Assembly (NCBI GenBank): GCA_000934665.2
Contig: KZ538681.1
Span: forward strand, 1 to 54,331
DNA: 54,331 nucleotides
Direction of reading: 5' to 3'
Source: Catajapyx aquilonaris
Lineage: Eukaryota
Translations under genes and position numbers: made by a program
Notes under the pieces: generated by a model
What the model saw: only the letters and a program-made list of their open reading frames with translations
Told to the model about the DNA's origin: nothing
The model's database searches: none
Part shown: piece after piece, positions 36,714 to 48,407 of the stretch
Layout of the letters: each line of letters begins with the position of its first letter
Position numbering within the stretch: the first letter of the stretch is position 1

Positions 36714-38051
36714 CTTATGTCTCATATGAATACACATGGAAGTTGAAGTGGCTTGTCATTTTATTATTTTTGGCATGTTCGACAACAATGCCAGGTCGTC
36801 AATAAGTTGTTGTTTTTTTTGCAGGTTGTTGCTATAATAACAAGTTCGGGTCGATATTATTTTGTAAAAATAGTTTGCAAGAATCTGACTACATTTTTCA
36901 TCAAAGTACGTGCAATTGCGAAATTGCGAAAATGTGCCACTGAATGTTGCGATTTTGATATTTTTGAATTACTATGGAGACGTGCCAAAATGCATTTTAT
37001 ACGTTTGTAAAAATTCCGACCTTTAGTCACCTCTGCGAGATTTGATGTAATTTTAGAATTTTGCTGCAATATTTCCCCAGCCTACGCTCGCGAAAAGTGC
37101 ACGCGACCATCGTTGATTAGTTCATTAAAATTGTAAATGAGGCCAAATCTTTTTATTATATCTACAGAGCGTGTCCCAGATCAGGCAATAAAATATTCGC
37201 AAAAAAATAGATATTTGTATCCTGGCTTGTCAATGCAATCCAATGCCAATTTTTTTTATAAATGTAGAAATCGCAACTTCATATTCGTATTATTGAAATT
37301 CGACCAAACGTGTTAGGCTAATGTTATTATTATTACCAACAACATCTCTTCCATCTAATTTTATTACACATGTTGTATTACAGATACATACATTCGGTAT
37401 TACCTGTAAGTGCATTTCACAGGGTATACATTCACAAGTTATATTCCGTCACAGGCTGCATTACTTTCACAAGAAAATGTGGCGATAAATTACTACTTAT
37501 TAGAAACAATACTTATACGAGCACATACATCACGTCGTTTACCAACACCTTTGATGTATATAGGGTATTTTAAACATTTGAAACGACATATTTTCCACAA
37601 TGCAATGCAATGGAGCAGTCGATCGTCACAATACCATTTGCTTGATTGGATTTAAATTAGACTCAAAGCAGTAACTTGTATTTGATCCTTCCGTCTGACT
37701 AGTGTGAAGTATTGATGAAGCAGCATTTATAGATAATTAAGTGATGATTGATTATTGTTTTTTGCGGCCTTGATAATATTGCGGAAACAATTTCGCGAAT
37801 TTCAAAATAATACTTGTCGTCTGTTATTCTATTAGACTAGAAAAGTGAAGCTGTTTTCTCTATATAACATGTCCTTTTGGATTAATACTTAAATTAATAT
37901 ATTTTACACTTAAAAATTAATTACAAATAGCAGCTTTCAAAAATGTACTTTCGCAGCCTTCTGCTGATGGATATTAAATCGGCCTGCTCATTTATATACT
38001 AATATAATCCATAAAATATACAGGGTGTTTTATAATAAGTTCCTCGCACTT

Positions 38052-39836
38052 CTAGGAAAGTTTGAGTTTACGACAACACTTCTCCTTCAGCGTCCTGACC
38101 ACACACGCTCCAATAAACTCGCAAATAAAAGCAACAGCAGACACAAAAACGCCGACAACTGCAAATGTAACCGTCTCCTTCATTTGGTTCAACGTGATGC
38201 TCCTCGGACCCCCTTCAAACAGAGCCATCTTCCCAGATTTGTACCACTTAACCCGCTCTTCCTCTCTCTTCTTCTGCCTTCCCATAATCGCTTTGAAATG
38301 CTGAAGTCCTGATTGCCAATATAAGAGCACACCACGGTTCAGGGACTCGTGGATGACCGAGTGTAAACGGGTGCATATCCCGCCCATTAGGATGGGCAGA
38401 TCACAGGTCACGATATGAAGTTGATCTTGATGATACTGGTTGTTAGGATCTTTCAAAAACTCCAAAGGTGTTTCTTGCACGAGACATGCGTGCTTTTCCT
38501 TCAGAGCCCTTGGAATACAGGTGTCCATGAATGGCTTTAACTCCGGATCACCTATTTCAACCTTGGCAGCTATTTCTTGCTGGACAGGACTGTTGGTCAC
38601 ATTTACGAAGGAATCAAAGTACCATTTTTTGGAGGATGACCAGGTGTACCCCATGTCTATCAGGTCTTTCAAGGTGTCCACGTTCTTCACAGGCGGATGG
38701 ATCATCAATTCCACTAGTTTGGATGAATATGCTGTGCAGATCACGATACAAAATAATAAGTAGGTCCCGAAGAACAATGCTGCTGTACCAGTGAAGGTGG
38801 ACTTAACACTTCGCCCAAAAATTGGTGGCAATGTTTTTTGAGTTAAAATATCTAACCAGGATAAATTCTTGACACCCGACACCTTATTCACGCACAAAAT
38901 AAAAGTGGTCGATGTAACATACGTTGCAAACAGACTGATCCAGACTATTCGAGGAAATGGCAACAAAATCTGTTCCCATGTTACGATTGGCTCGTGTCTC
39001 TTTGTTATAATTGCCATCATTTCCATTCGGTATGGTTGAGTAAACCTTGAGGTTATACTTCCTATTGCCACACGCTCACAGAAGCCGTAGTCCCCATGAA
39101 AAGCCTTCGTTGCCTCTATTACAGTGTCATAATTCAGATATTGGCTTACTATTTCATCCACAGTATCATCGTACATGCACACTTTAATTTTCCGACCATG
39201 TAAGTCTCTAGTTGTGTCCGGAAAGAGCTGACCATTGAAAGATGTCACGTTCTGCAACTCTGTGACTGAGTATTGACCATTGTTGCAGAAGAAGCAAGGC
39301 TGTAGAAGTCTGCAAGTCAGCTGGCCATTGACGCGTTTTAATCTGTCGATTCCTAGAGTGTGCTTGACCTTGAGTTGTTCTTCACCAATACACTGATCAA
39401 TGTTGCCTTCTCTCGCATAAAGGACTATAAAATTACGTGACATCTTCCAGTTCATCAGAGCTCGAAAGAAAGGATCGTGCAAGTACGTGTGCATGGTCAT
39501 ATACAAAATGACAACCTTGCACTGACCTGACACCTGAGGCACAAACTCCTTGCTCTTCACCACTGAATCGGTGTAGTTATTAATCGAAGATATGACTACA
39601 GTGTTTTTCACACTTCTGGTCAGTTTCATTAAACTCGTACTGTCCAACCCCCAATCTTCGTAATATATTGCAACGGAACATGATGCCAACAGCTCGTTTT
39701 CTACTATCCTGGACACCGCCTCGGATAAAAGATCTTCGTCTGTCTCTATCACAGGTGTTATACTCACTCTTCCATGTGTGCAGCCTGATGTGATGATAAG
39801 CCAACAACACAACGTGATGCAAACAGTCACTCTCAT
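38052..39836 (-). CDS. Intronless divergent ionotropic receptor (594 aa)
   Basis: Signal peptide, LFPD..RDLHGR, FTQPY, PF...VW, M3 IVICTAYSSKLVELMIHP, DTLKDL, QSGL, M4 ...FICE. Confidence 0.9.
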   Translation of the reverse strand: MRVTVCITLCCWLIITSGCTHGRVSITPVIETDEDLLSEAVSRIVENELLASCSVAIYYEDWGLDSTSLMKLTRSVKNTVVISSINNYTDSVVKSKEFVPQVSGQCKVVILYMTMHTYLHDPFFRALMNWKMSRNFIVLYAREGNIDQCIGEEQLKVKHTLGIDRLKRVNGQLTCRLLQPCFFCNNGQYSVTELQNVTSFNGQLFPDTTRDLHGRKIKVCMYDDTVDEIVSQYLNYDTVIEATKAFHGDYGFCERVAIGSITSRFTQPYRMEMMAIITKRHEPIVTWEQILLPFPRIVWISLFATYVTSTTFILCVNKVSGVKNLSWLDILTQKTLPPIFGRSVKSTFTGTAALFFGTYLLFCIVICTAYSSKLVELMIHPPVKNVDTLKDLIDMGYTWSSSKKWYFDSFVNVTNSPVQQEIAAKVEIGDPELKPFMDTCIPRALKEKHACLVQETPLEFLKDPNNQYHQDQLHIVTCDLPILMGGICTRLHSVIHESLNRGVLLYWQSGLQHFKAIMGRQKKREEERVKWYKSGKMALFEGGPRSITLNQMKETVTFAVVGVFVSAVAFICEFIGACVVRTLKEKCCRKLKLS

Positions 39837-40555
39837 TGCTGATGCTGATGATGGGCCTTTTTAAATTACTAACAAATGTTTTCTTATAATCTTACTGACT
39901 GTGGATTACTATACAGTACGTACGTATAGTCTCTAATATTCAAAGCACGAAAATAATAGAAAAATATGCTTAAAGTCGACATGTCTCTCACAATAATGTG
40001 GCCTGTAATCTTTCCGAGATATATATTTTGTACTTCCACAACAAGGCACAATAGCACTTAACTGAATGAAATATTGACAATCTCAACATGTTGACAGCTT
40101 AGGGCGTGCACCAGTGAAATATTGATCACAGTCTGTACCCGCATTGTTAGACTGATAACCGGTTCTCTTTTTTTTCCTTTTTGGCCCCTATCATATCATG
40201 GTGATGACAACGACTTTGCTTTGTCATGACAAAGAACGCGGCAAATGCTCATGAAGACTAGTCTATCATAAGATTGCTAATAAACAGAGACTGAGGAGAA
40301 TGCAGTTTAATCGCATCTTCATTATATTTTGCATAATTGTATAATCAAAAGCCTCCCCCTGCGATTAAAGCAACAAAAAACACGATATAAACGATAGGCG
40401 ATGATGTTACCCCCTTCTCAAATGACACCAACCCTGTCCGCACAATATTATCGCCGAAGACAGAGATGCGACCATTATTGTCCTGTTTGGTCCTGTGGAG
40501 AAAGCTGTGTCGACCACACTGCTTGCAATTCTATTTCTGCACACTTTTCGCCAAA

Positions 40556-41603
40556 ATGAAACTCCGTTCTCCTCTTCTGCCAAACTGCTGCTGCTGCATC
40601 TCCAACCGCACTGGAGCTGTTATCTTCGGAATACTCTGTTTGGTACGGTAATATTCATGTCATTTTACTTTGTAATACAGGCAGAAATTGCATGCTAGTA
40701 ATGTAAGGAATTTAGCCAATAATGCATATGAAAAAGACAGTTTTATACCCGTTTCATCCCCATTAACAGTGCTCATTACAACTCTGCTTGTCGTTACAGA
40801 TATCGTACACGATCCTTCTCCTGGGTTCCATAGCTCTGACTGCCATTGGACTGCACGGCCGGTACAACATTCCCATTATTAGTACTTCCATCGAACATGC
40901 TCAAGCTCTCCAGAAACTCTACATGTCCATCGGTATGCAATACACGTACAATACTCAGCATCACACTGTTTGCATGTTATTTTTTTCAGAGATGATATTC
41001 TTCGGAGTTCCTTCTTCCTTCATGAGCGTGATGGGCATCATCTACACAGCAATGTTGTACAGTGGTGTGCAAAGGGTAAGTGTACAGATTTCGCTTTAAT
41101 ATTGCATAGTTTGCTGGGAAATGAATGATATTTTTTTAACGATTCTTTCGACTTTCAGAAATCTCCAAATTATCTCATCCCGTGGTTGGCCATTCACATC
41201 ATGATATCAGTCGGTACTCTAGGAATGCTGCTGGGGGTCCTGATGATCAACATCGCTCTTGTGAACTACATCGCCGTTCCACTGGGGCTTGTACTTCTGG
41301 GACTGGAGATTTATAGCGTCATGGTCATTTTTTCTCATTATCAGGTACATGACCTTATTAATTTCTAACCCCCATCATACGAGTTGGAAACTCTAGATAA
41401 ATAAAATTTCTAATTGGAAATTATTCATGATTGAATTATTTCATTCACACTATACTGTACAAGCATTATTTGCATGTCAGAAATTTTATGCATGTAGATG
41501 TTTCAGCGTAATTATTATTACGTGACGATTAACTCTGCAATTTTTCCAGGATATGACCAGTTTGGTGCCTCACGTTCATCTGGATGAAGTCAACCTGGCG
41601 TAA
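40556..41603 (+). CDS. 4-TM protein copy E: 40556-40642, 40800-40932, 40990-41075, 41159-41344, 41550-41603
   Basis: MKLRSPLLPNCCCCISNRTG, YLIPWL, EIYSVMVIFSHYQD; same exon phases as copies A-D; AATAAA at about 41652. Confidence 0.9.
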
Positions 41604-41941
41604 AATATTTACCAGACGAAATTTCATTGTTCACTTGTAAGTATTAAGAGCAATAAAACGCAATGATTTTTTGTCGGTACACAATGATCGGAGTACTCCA
41701 ATCTCTCATTGCTCACCTTCTAACGTCTAACCCTTCACGTGTCCGACTCGATCTCGGTAAAACAATGTTATTCTACTTGTCAATGCCAAAAAAAACTTAT
41801 TTCAGAAAGCTGACCTTATTATCCTAATGATTTCCTTGATTTACCTAGTAAGTACCGGTAACTACAAGCAACCTAGTTGCTGTGTTACATTGAGAGTAGG
41901 TTTCTGCACAGTAAATGCACATTATTCAAAACCTAATTGGA

Positions 41942-41943
<2 letters not shown>

Positions 41944-41985
<42 letters not shown>
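41944..41985. repeat. (AG)n microsatellite
   Basis: Pure AG run. Confidence 0.95.
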
Positions 41986-41987
<2 letters not shown>

Positions 41988-42248
41988 GCCTGCTGATTGT
42001 GTTTTGATCAATGTCAATTTCATTTGTCGAATGTGTTGGCCGTCAACGTGCACCGTCAACAAATATTTGCGAAATGTCGCCCCTAACCAATTACGCTGAT
42101 GGCATTTGGCTGTAGCCGAGCATGTAAACATCTGCTTACCTGTCAAGTGTTCTCTTGGAAACATCGCAGTCGCATATGTATATACCAGTGCGTGTGCTTT
42201 GTACAGGTGACTTGTCCAGCTCAGCAGTTGCTGAAAATTAAAGTAACA

Positions 42249-44075
42249 ATGGCCGTGACCGCTGCTTCAATTGTGTTGTGCCTCATCGTCATCATGGCAG
42301 GGCGGAACTTTGGGCAAGTTATAGTCACATCCGAACATGACGAAGAGACAGATGGGGCCCTTTTGGCCGAAGCAGTGTCCAGGATGATGACAGAGAGCCA
42401 ACAGTTGGAATCATGCTCTCTTGCTATATTCTACGACGGCCCAGAGCTAGACAGCGGATTGCAGAAATTGTCCGCAAATGTTAGCAACCCTGTACTTATT
42501 TTCTCGCTTCACAACTATCCAGAGTCAGTGGACAGAAAGGCGTTTGTGTCCCAGATGTCAGGACAATGCTTCACCGTCCTGTTTCACGCTGATTTCGACA
42601 CATACCTTTACAATCCGTTCTTTCGAGCCATGAAGGAAGGGAAGATGAGCCGCGACTTTTCAATCATCCATGCCAAAGGTGACAACCTGGACGAAATAAT
42701 TGGCACGGAGCACATCAAAATTAAGTTTCTGCTTGGGATAGACAGACTAAAACGAATCAAGGGCCAGCTGACCTGCCGACTGCTGCAGCCGTGTTTCTTC
42801 TGCAACAAAGGTCAATACTCACTCACAGAGTTGCAGAACGTGACCTCCTTCGATGGCCAGCTCTTTCCGGACACAACAAGAGATTTCAACGGACGAGAAA
42901 TCAAAGTGTGCATGCACGATTGGTGGATCAATTTATTCCTGGAGCAATACTTGCATTACTCTACCTACTGGTTACACAAAGACTCGTACTTGGGTGATTA
43001 CACTTTTTGCGAAAGGGCCAGACTATCCCTCCAGGAATTGAGCTTCACTCAACCATACCGCATGGAAAATATAGTCATTGTAACAAAGAGGCACGAACCA
43101 TCCATCACATGGAAGCAACTTTTGTCGCCTTTTCCTGGCATAGTATGGATCGGCATGTTTGCAACTCTGATTGTAGCGACCACTTTCAACCTGTGTTTGG
43201 CGAAGATGGATTCAAGCCCAAACATTCGCGCATCTTGGATTGATATGCTGACAGAAAGAATACTACCGCCCATTTTTGGACAAGGAGTTACCTCGACTGT
43301 CAGCGGTGCCGCAGCCTTGTTCTTCGGCATTTACTTATTCTTTTGCATCGTGATCTGCACAGCCTATTCTTCCAAGCTAGTGGAATTGCTGATCCATCCT
43401 CCTGTGAAGAACGTGGACACCTTGAAAGACCTGATAGACATGGGGTACAGATGGTCAGCTAAGCAGCAATGGTATTTCGACACCTTCGCCAATGTCAGCA
43501 ATCCGGTGCTGAAAGAAATCGTGTCAAAAGTCGAGATCGACAATGAGCCATCCAGAGTTGACCTCAACACCTTTCTGGATCTGTGCATCTCTAGAGCACT
43601 GGAGGACAAGTACGCCTGTCTTGTGCAACAGCGTCCATTTGCTATGGTGAACGATGACGACGACGCGTATCACAGGGATCAGCTTCACATCGTTGTTTCA
43701 GACCTTCCTGTCATCATGGGCGGAATTGCGGCGAAGCTGAATTCGGTCATACTTGAGTCGCTCAACCGCGGCGTTTTGCTGTACTGGCAGACTGGGGTCA
43801 GGAACTACCACCAGGACATACGAATGGAGCTGAAGAAAGGAATTGACGCCACTGCCAGGTACAAGTTTGCTGGTAAGACGGGAATATTACCGGATGGGAC
43901 GGCAAAGCCTTTGTCCCTAAACCAAATTAAGACGCCGTTTTTGCTTGCACTCGTTGGATTGGCCTTTGCTGCCACTGTGTTCGTTACAGAGGTTGTTAAA
44001 GCGGCCATTGTTAACTGTGCTCGCCACGTTCAATGGAATAAATCTAAACGCTATTGCTGCAAGCGTAATCAATGA
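42249..44075 (+). CDS. Intronless divergent ionotropic receptor (608 aa), paralog of 38052-39836
   Basis: Signal peptide from ATG 42249; shares QLTCRLLQPCFFCN and IVICTAYSSKLVEL.IHPPVKNVDTLKDLIDMGY with the minus-strand IR. Confidence 0.9.
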   Translation: MAVTAASIVLCLIVIMAGRNFGQVIVTSEHDEETDGALLAEAVSRMMTESQQLESCSLAIFYDGPELDSGLQKLSANVSNPVLIFSLHNYPESVDRKAFVSQMSGQCFTVLFHADFDTYLYNPFFRAMKEGKMSRDFSIIHAKGDNLDEIIGTEHIKIKFLLGIDRLKRIKGQLTCRLLQPCFFCNKGQYSLTELQNVTSFDGQLFPDTTRDFNGREIKVCMHDWWINLFLEQYLHYSTYWLHKDSYLGDYTFCERARLSLQELSFTQPYRMENIVIVTKRHEPSITWKQLLSPFPGIVWIGMFATLIVATTFNLCLAKMDSSPNIRASWIDMLTERILPPIFGQGVTSTVSGAAALFFGIYLFFCIVICTAYSSKLVELLIHPPVKNVDTLKDLIDMGYRWSAKQQWYFDTFANVSNPVLKEIVSKVEIDNEPSRVDLNTFLDLCISRALEDKYACLVQQRPFAMVNDDDDAYHRDQLHIVVSDLPVIMGGIAAKLNSVILESLNRGVLLYWQTGVRNYHQDIRMELKKGIDATARYKFAGKTGILPDGTAKPLSLNQIKTPFLLALVGLAFAATVFVTEVVKAAIVNCARHVQWNKSKRYCCKRNQ

Positions 44076-44339
44076 ACATGCTTACATCGGCAAAGGTATA
44101 TGCACAGTGGTATAAGTTGCAATGATGAATCAGCATACACGAGAACAGTTTTGAGAAAAATTGCTTTGAATGTCGCACCTGTGAAATTAATTCAGTGTCC
44201 TTTTCGGTCACTTATTGCAGAAGTATGCAGATTTCGCCCGATTGATTTTAATTGAATGAAGTATTATTCTTTGTGTATTATGTTCCTATAGGCATAATTC
44301 AATTTTGACATTTTTGTGGGTCGACGCTTTGTTGCATAT

Positions 44340-44502
44340 CAGGGGTGGAATTTTGAATATTTTGTCCATGTGCAAACTTTCATCTAGAGTGCAAATTATT
44401 TACTTGGAGTGCTTAATTTTTAATTACTGCGTTTAGGCATATGGAACCACCTAGGTCCAAGAGTGCAAATTGCACCTTTGCATCTTCATATTTCTACTTC
44501 TG
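44340..44502. mobile_element. hAT-like MITE; related copy at about 11290-11476
   Basis: CAGGGGTGGAA.../...TTCTACTTCTG ends; both copies share GTGCAAATTGCACCTTTGCATC and GTGCTTAATTTTT. Confidence 0.5.
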
Positions 44503-44569
44503 ATATAATTTATTATACATGTAACTTACAGTATAAAGTGTTGATTTCATTGTGGCTATTATTGTTTCA

Positions 44570-45276
44570 GTGAAGAACCCAAATTAATTCGAATGGATCG
44601 CAGCAGTTAGGAAGATGTTTCTTGACAGAGTATTATATCTTGACACCTGGTTCAACAACTTAGATAAAATTAATTTAGAGAACATTGTAGAATCTTTTAT
44701 TCAATCTTCTATAACTGAAGATGTTACTCGCGGCTCAAATTCTAAGGAGAAGTACGCCCACTATAAGCACTTATTAACAGATCACTTAAGAGAAAGTTAC
44801 TTCGATTACCAGTTACCTCTTCCTGTCACAAGACTGGCTGCTAATCTAAGAAACAACTCAACATCTTATTGGCTAAAAGGCTACATTATCCGCCTGGACA
44901 AAGCTGTACACTATGTAATAGCTCAGACGCTTTTGACCTTTTCCACTTTTTGTATGAATGTTATTTCTTCGCAGAGTACAGAGATATAATTTTGGCTGGG
45001 TTACCGGGGCTCCCCCCATATTCAGTGACTTTACTTTTTCAACACTTGGCTAAAGAAGATAATATGTTCAGTTTGTACAGCTTTTTTATGGCAGCATCAA
45101 AAAAATTACAATTCTGTGATATAACACTATGACCCCTTTGGTATCATACACTGTACGATATATCCACCCTCTGTTGATTAATGCACATTATAATATATGG
45201 TGAGTCCCCCTCCCCGCCCCGAACGTGTTTGTATATATAGGGGAAGGGGAAATAAACCACCACCACCACCACCACC

Positions 45277-45356
<80 letters not shown>

Positions 45357-45381
45357 TATTATTATTATTATTATTATTATT
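44570..45381 (+). mobile_element. 5'-truncated non-LTR retrotransposon (ORF2 C-terminal CCHC region) with a simple-repeat tail
   Basis: Frameshifted ORFs 44615-44989 and 44869-45132 with CTLC-x9-HFLYEC...YR; AATAAA (45251) directly followed by (CAC)n(CAT)n(TAT)n at 45257-45381. Confidence 0.7.
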
Positions 45382-45459
45382 GTGGCTATTGTGACTCATG
45401 TGTACAGTCTTTTAGGTTCCTATCAATTGTTTATTCCATTCTACAGTACTCGTATACAA

Positions 45460-48407
45460 AAGGACACAGCTGGAACCGTAGGTATATCGTATATGCTTTA
45501 TACAGCACAATACATTGTGTAACCCCTGACCTCGGGTCACACGCTGACTAGATCAGTAACGCAGGTTCAGATGGAGAAAAGATGTCAGAGTGGGAGAAAA
45601 GGGCGGAAGAAGTGGAGGGGAAAACTGGAGAAGCCGAGAAAATCATGGTTCTTAATAACATACTGTATAATGAATATGCCCTTATTACTTAATATAACTG
45701 AAACACAAATTGTACAAATTCCCGTAGAAAATATACAAGGATATATTATGAGAATTTATTTGGCAAATGACACTGCATTGAGATTAATGGTATTTTGTGT
45801 GGCGCCCTTTCCTTACAATAAGTACATGCTGGAGAGAGTGTCAGTATCGAAGGAGCGCAGTGGTCTAGTGGCTAAGGCGCTTTCTTCGTAACCTCAAGGT
45901 TGAAGGATCGAATCCTGAAAGAAAGAAGTCGTTTCTTTTTATCGCTGTGGACCTTTCTCGCTGTTACTTGGTCTGTCGTTTCACATTTATTTCTCTTTGA
46001 ACTGCATCTGGTAAATAGGCTAGACCCTTCCAACACCCATAATTTCGTTACCACAGAGCGTGGCGCTGTGGTAACGCATCAGACTCTCAGTCGGGAGATG
46101 TGGGTTCAAATCCCGAATCTCCACGGTTGATGAGTCAGAAAAAAAATTTGCAGCCGACATCTCTGGCCAAGATGGCGACTGTTTCTTCGCAGTTTCCCCA
46201 ACACTTCTTCAGAGGTGTCGGAGGAGCAGCGAAGAGGGGGGGGGAGGGGTGGAGAGGGGGAGGAAAGGGGGGCAGGGGTGAAAAATTTTTGGAAATTTTT
46301 AAAAATTTTTAAAACAAACACCTGCTTAATGGGAGGGGGCGGTCACTTTTTTCGAAGAAAAAAGTCTTAAATTTAATCATTCAAAGAATTGAAGAATTCA
46401 GGTTTGTGTGGGCCATCCCCAGCCCCCACCCTACCACTGCCCAAGTGGGTGCATTTACCTTATACCTGGGAGTTCCATTCTCAAACCTATTATCCCCCCA
46501 AATATTTAAGCCTACAATTTAAACTATAGGTCCAATGAAATCACCAGCACATGCAAATGAATCGGCACAATTTTTAGGTCATTTTCAATGTTTTGTTGCA
46601 GCCTGACCTTTGACCTGAAAGGCCCTAATATTAGGTTTTTGGTCTCGGGCCAGGCCCTACCTCGGTCTCCATCTGTCGGGTCTTTCGTAATGAGACTGTA
46701 CAGAGCACAGTACATAGATATAGGCTACAGTACATCTCTCGATGTGAACAAGTATGCCCCTAGCCAAATGTATCAGGCCCAGTTGGCAGGTCTCAGTATA
46801 TGAATGTGACGTAGGCGAGTGGTCACCTCCTTGGGGTCATAAGGACGGACATTCGGCATCACCGTTGCGTGGCATTGCTCTATGGATTAATAAAATAATA
46901 AATCCCGACCCGCTTCTGCTGTGGGTGGAGATGCGCAGATCGTTCGACTCGGTTTTACTTGGGCAAATTTTCGAGTAGGCTTGGTGACCTTCATGTCTCT
47001 TTGACCTTATACATATTCCCCCCTTTCCACCCCCGCCCCTCTACCCACAAGGACAGGCGGACTGCTACATTTGGCTAGCAGGCTAGGGGCATTACTACCT
47101 CACACAGAGAGATATACTGTATATCTATGTACTGTGCTCTGTACAGTCTCATTACGAAAGACCCGACAGATGGAGACCGAGGTAGGGCCTGGCCCGAGAC
47201 CAAAAACCTAATATTAGGGCCTTTCAGGTCAAAGGTCAGGCTGCAACAAAACATTGAAAATGACCTAAAAAATGTGCCGATTCATTTGCATGTGCTGGTG
47301 ATTTCATTGGACCTAAAGTTTAAATTGTAGGCTTAAATATTTGGGGGGATGATAGGTTTGAGAATGGAACTCCCAGGTATAAGGTAAATGCACCCACTTG
47401 GGCAGCGGTAGGGTGGGGGCTGGGGATGGCCCACACAAACCTGAATTCTTCAATTCTTTGAATGATTAAATTTAAGACTTTTTTCTTCGAAAAAAGTGAC
47501 CGCCCCCTCCCATTAAGCAGGTGTTTTAAAAATTCCCTTAAAAATTCCCCAAAAAAATTTCTCCCCTGCCCCCCTTTCCTCCCCCTCTCCACCCCTCCCC
47601 CCCTCTTCGCTGCTCCTCTGACACCTCTGAAGAAGTGTTTGGGAAACTGCGAAGAAACAGTCGCCATCTTGGCCAGAGATGTCGGCTGCAAATATATTTT
47701 TTCTGACTCATCAACCGTGGAGATTCGGGATTTGAACCCACATCTCCCGACTGAGAGTCTGATGCGTTACCACAGCGCCACGCTCTGTGGTAGTGGCGCT
47801 GTGGTAACGAAATTATGGGTGTTGGAAGGGTCTAGCCTATTTACCAGATGCAGTTCAAAGAGAAATAAATGTGAAACGACAGACCAAGTAACAGCGAGAA
47901 AGGTCCACAGCGATAAAAAGAAACGACTTCTTTCTTTCAGGATTCGATCCTTCAACCTTCAGGTTACGATGAGAGCGCCTTAGCCACTAGACCACTGCGC
48001 TCCTTCGATACTGACACTCTCTCCAGCATGTACTTATTGTAAGGAAAGGGCGCCACACAAAATACCATTAATCTCAATGCAGTGTCATTTGCCAAATAAA
48101 TTCTCATAATATATCCTTGTATATTTTCTACGGGAATTTGTACAATTTGTGTTTCAGTTATATTAAGTAATAAGGGCATATTCATTATACAGTGTGTTAT
48201 TAGAAACCATGATTTTCCCGGCTTCTCCACTTCTTCCGCCCTTTTCTCCCACTCTGACATCTTTTCTCCAACTGAACATGCGTTACTGAGCTAGTCAGGG
48301 TGTGACCCGAGGTCAGGGGTCACATAATGTATTATGCTGTATAAAGCATTATAGATTATACGATATACCTACCAGCATATACGATATAACCTACCAGCTG
48401 TGTCCTT
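45460..48407. mobile_element. Large foldback palindrome: about 1.3-kb inverted arms (about 45460-46772 and 47066-48407) with a spacer of about 290 bp
   Basis: The arms are reverse complements with scattered substitutions and small indels; mirrored ORFs appear in the track (e.g. 45900+/47955-, 46715-/47127+). Each arm has two tRNA-like heads. Confidence 0.9.

Noticed and set aside
34500..38000. Intact LTR retrotransposon around the gag
   Set aside because: I found no direct terminal repeats, PBS/PPT or pol remnants by eye.
42099..42248. Upstream in-frame extension of the IR ORF
   Set aside because: The signal peptide and alignment with the paralog indicate a start at 42249.
45144..45551. Poly-His/Asp/Ser/Met ORFs
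   Set aside because: They are translations of the trinucleotide microsatellite.
45852..46120. Genuine tRNA genes (also 8325 and 52533)
   Set aside because: A/B boxes are present, but acceptor and anticodon stems pair poorly; better explained as SINE heads. tRNAscan-SE would settle it.
45571..48260. Mirrored ORFs within the palindrome as genes
   Set aside because: They have no domain-like content and are duplicated only because the DNA is inverted.
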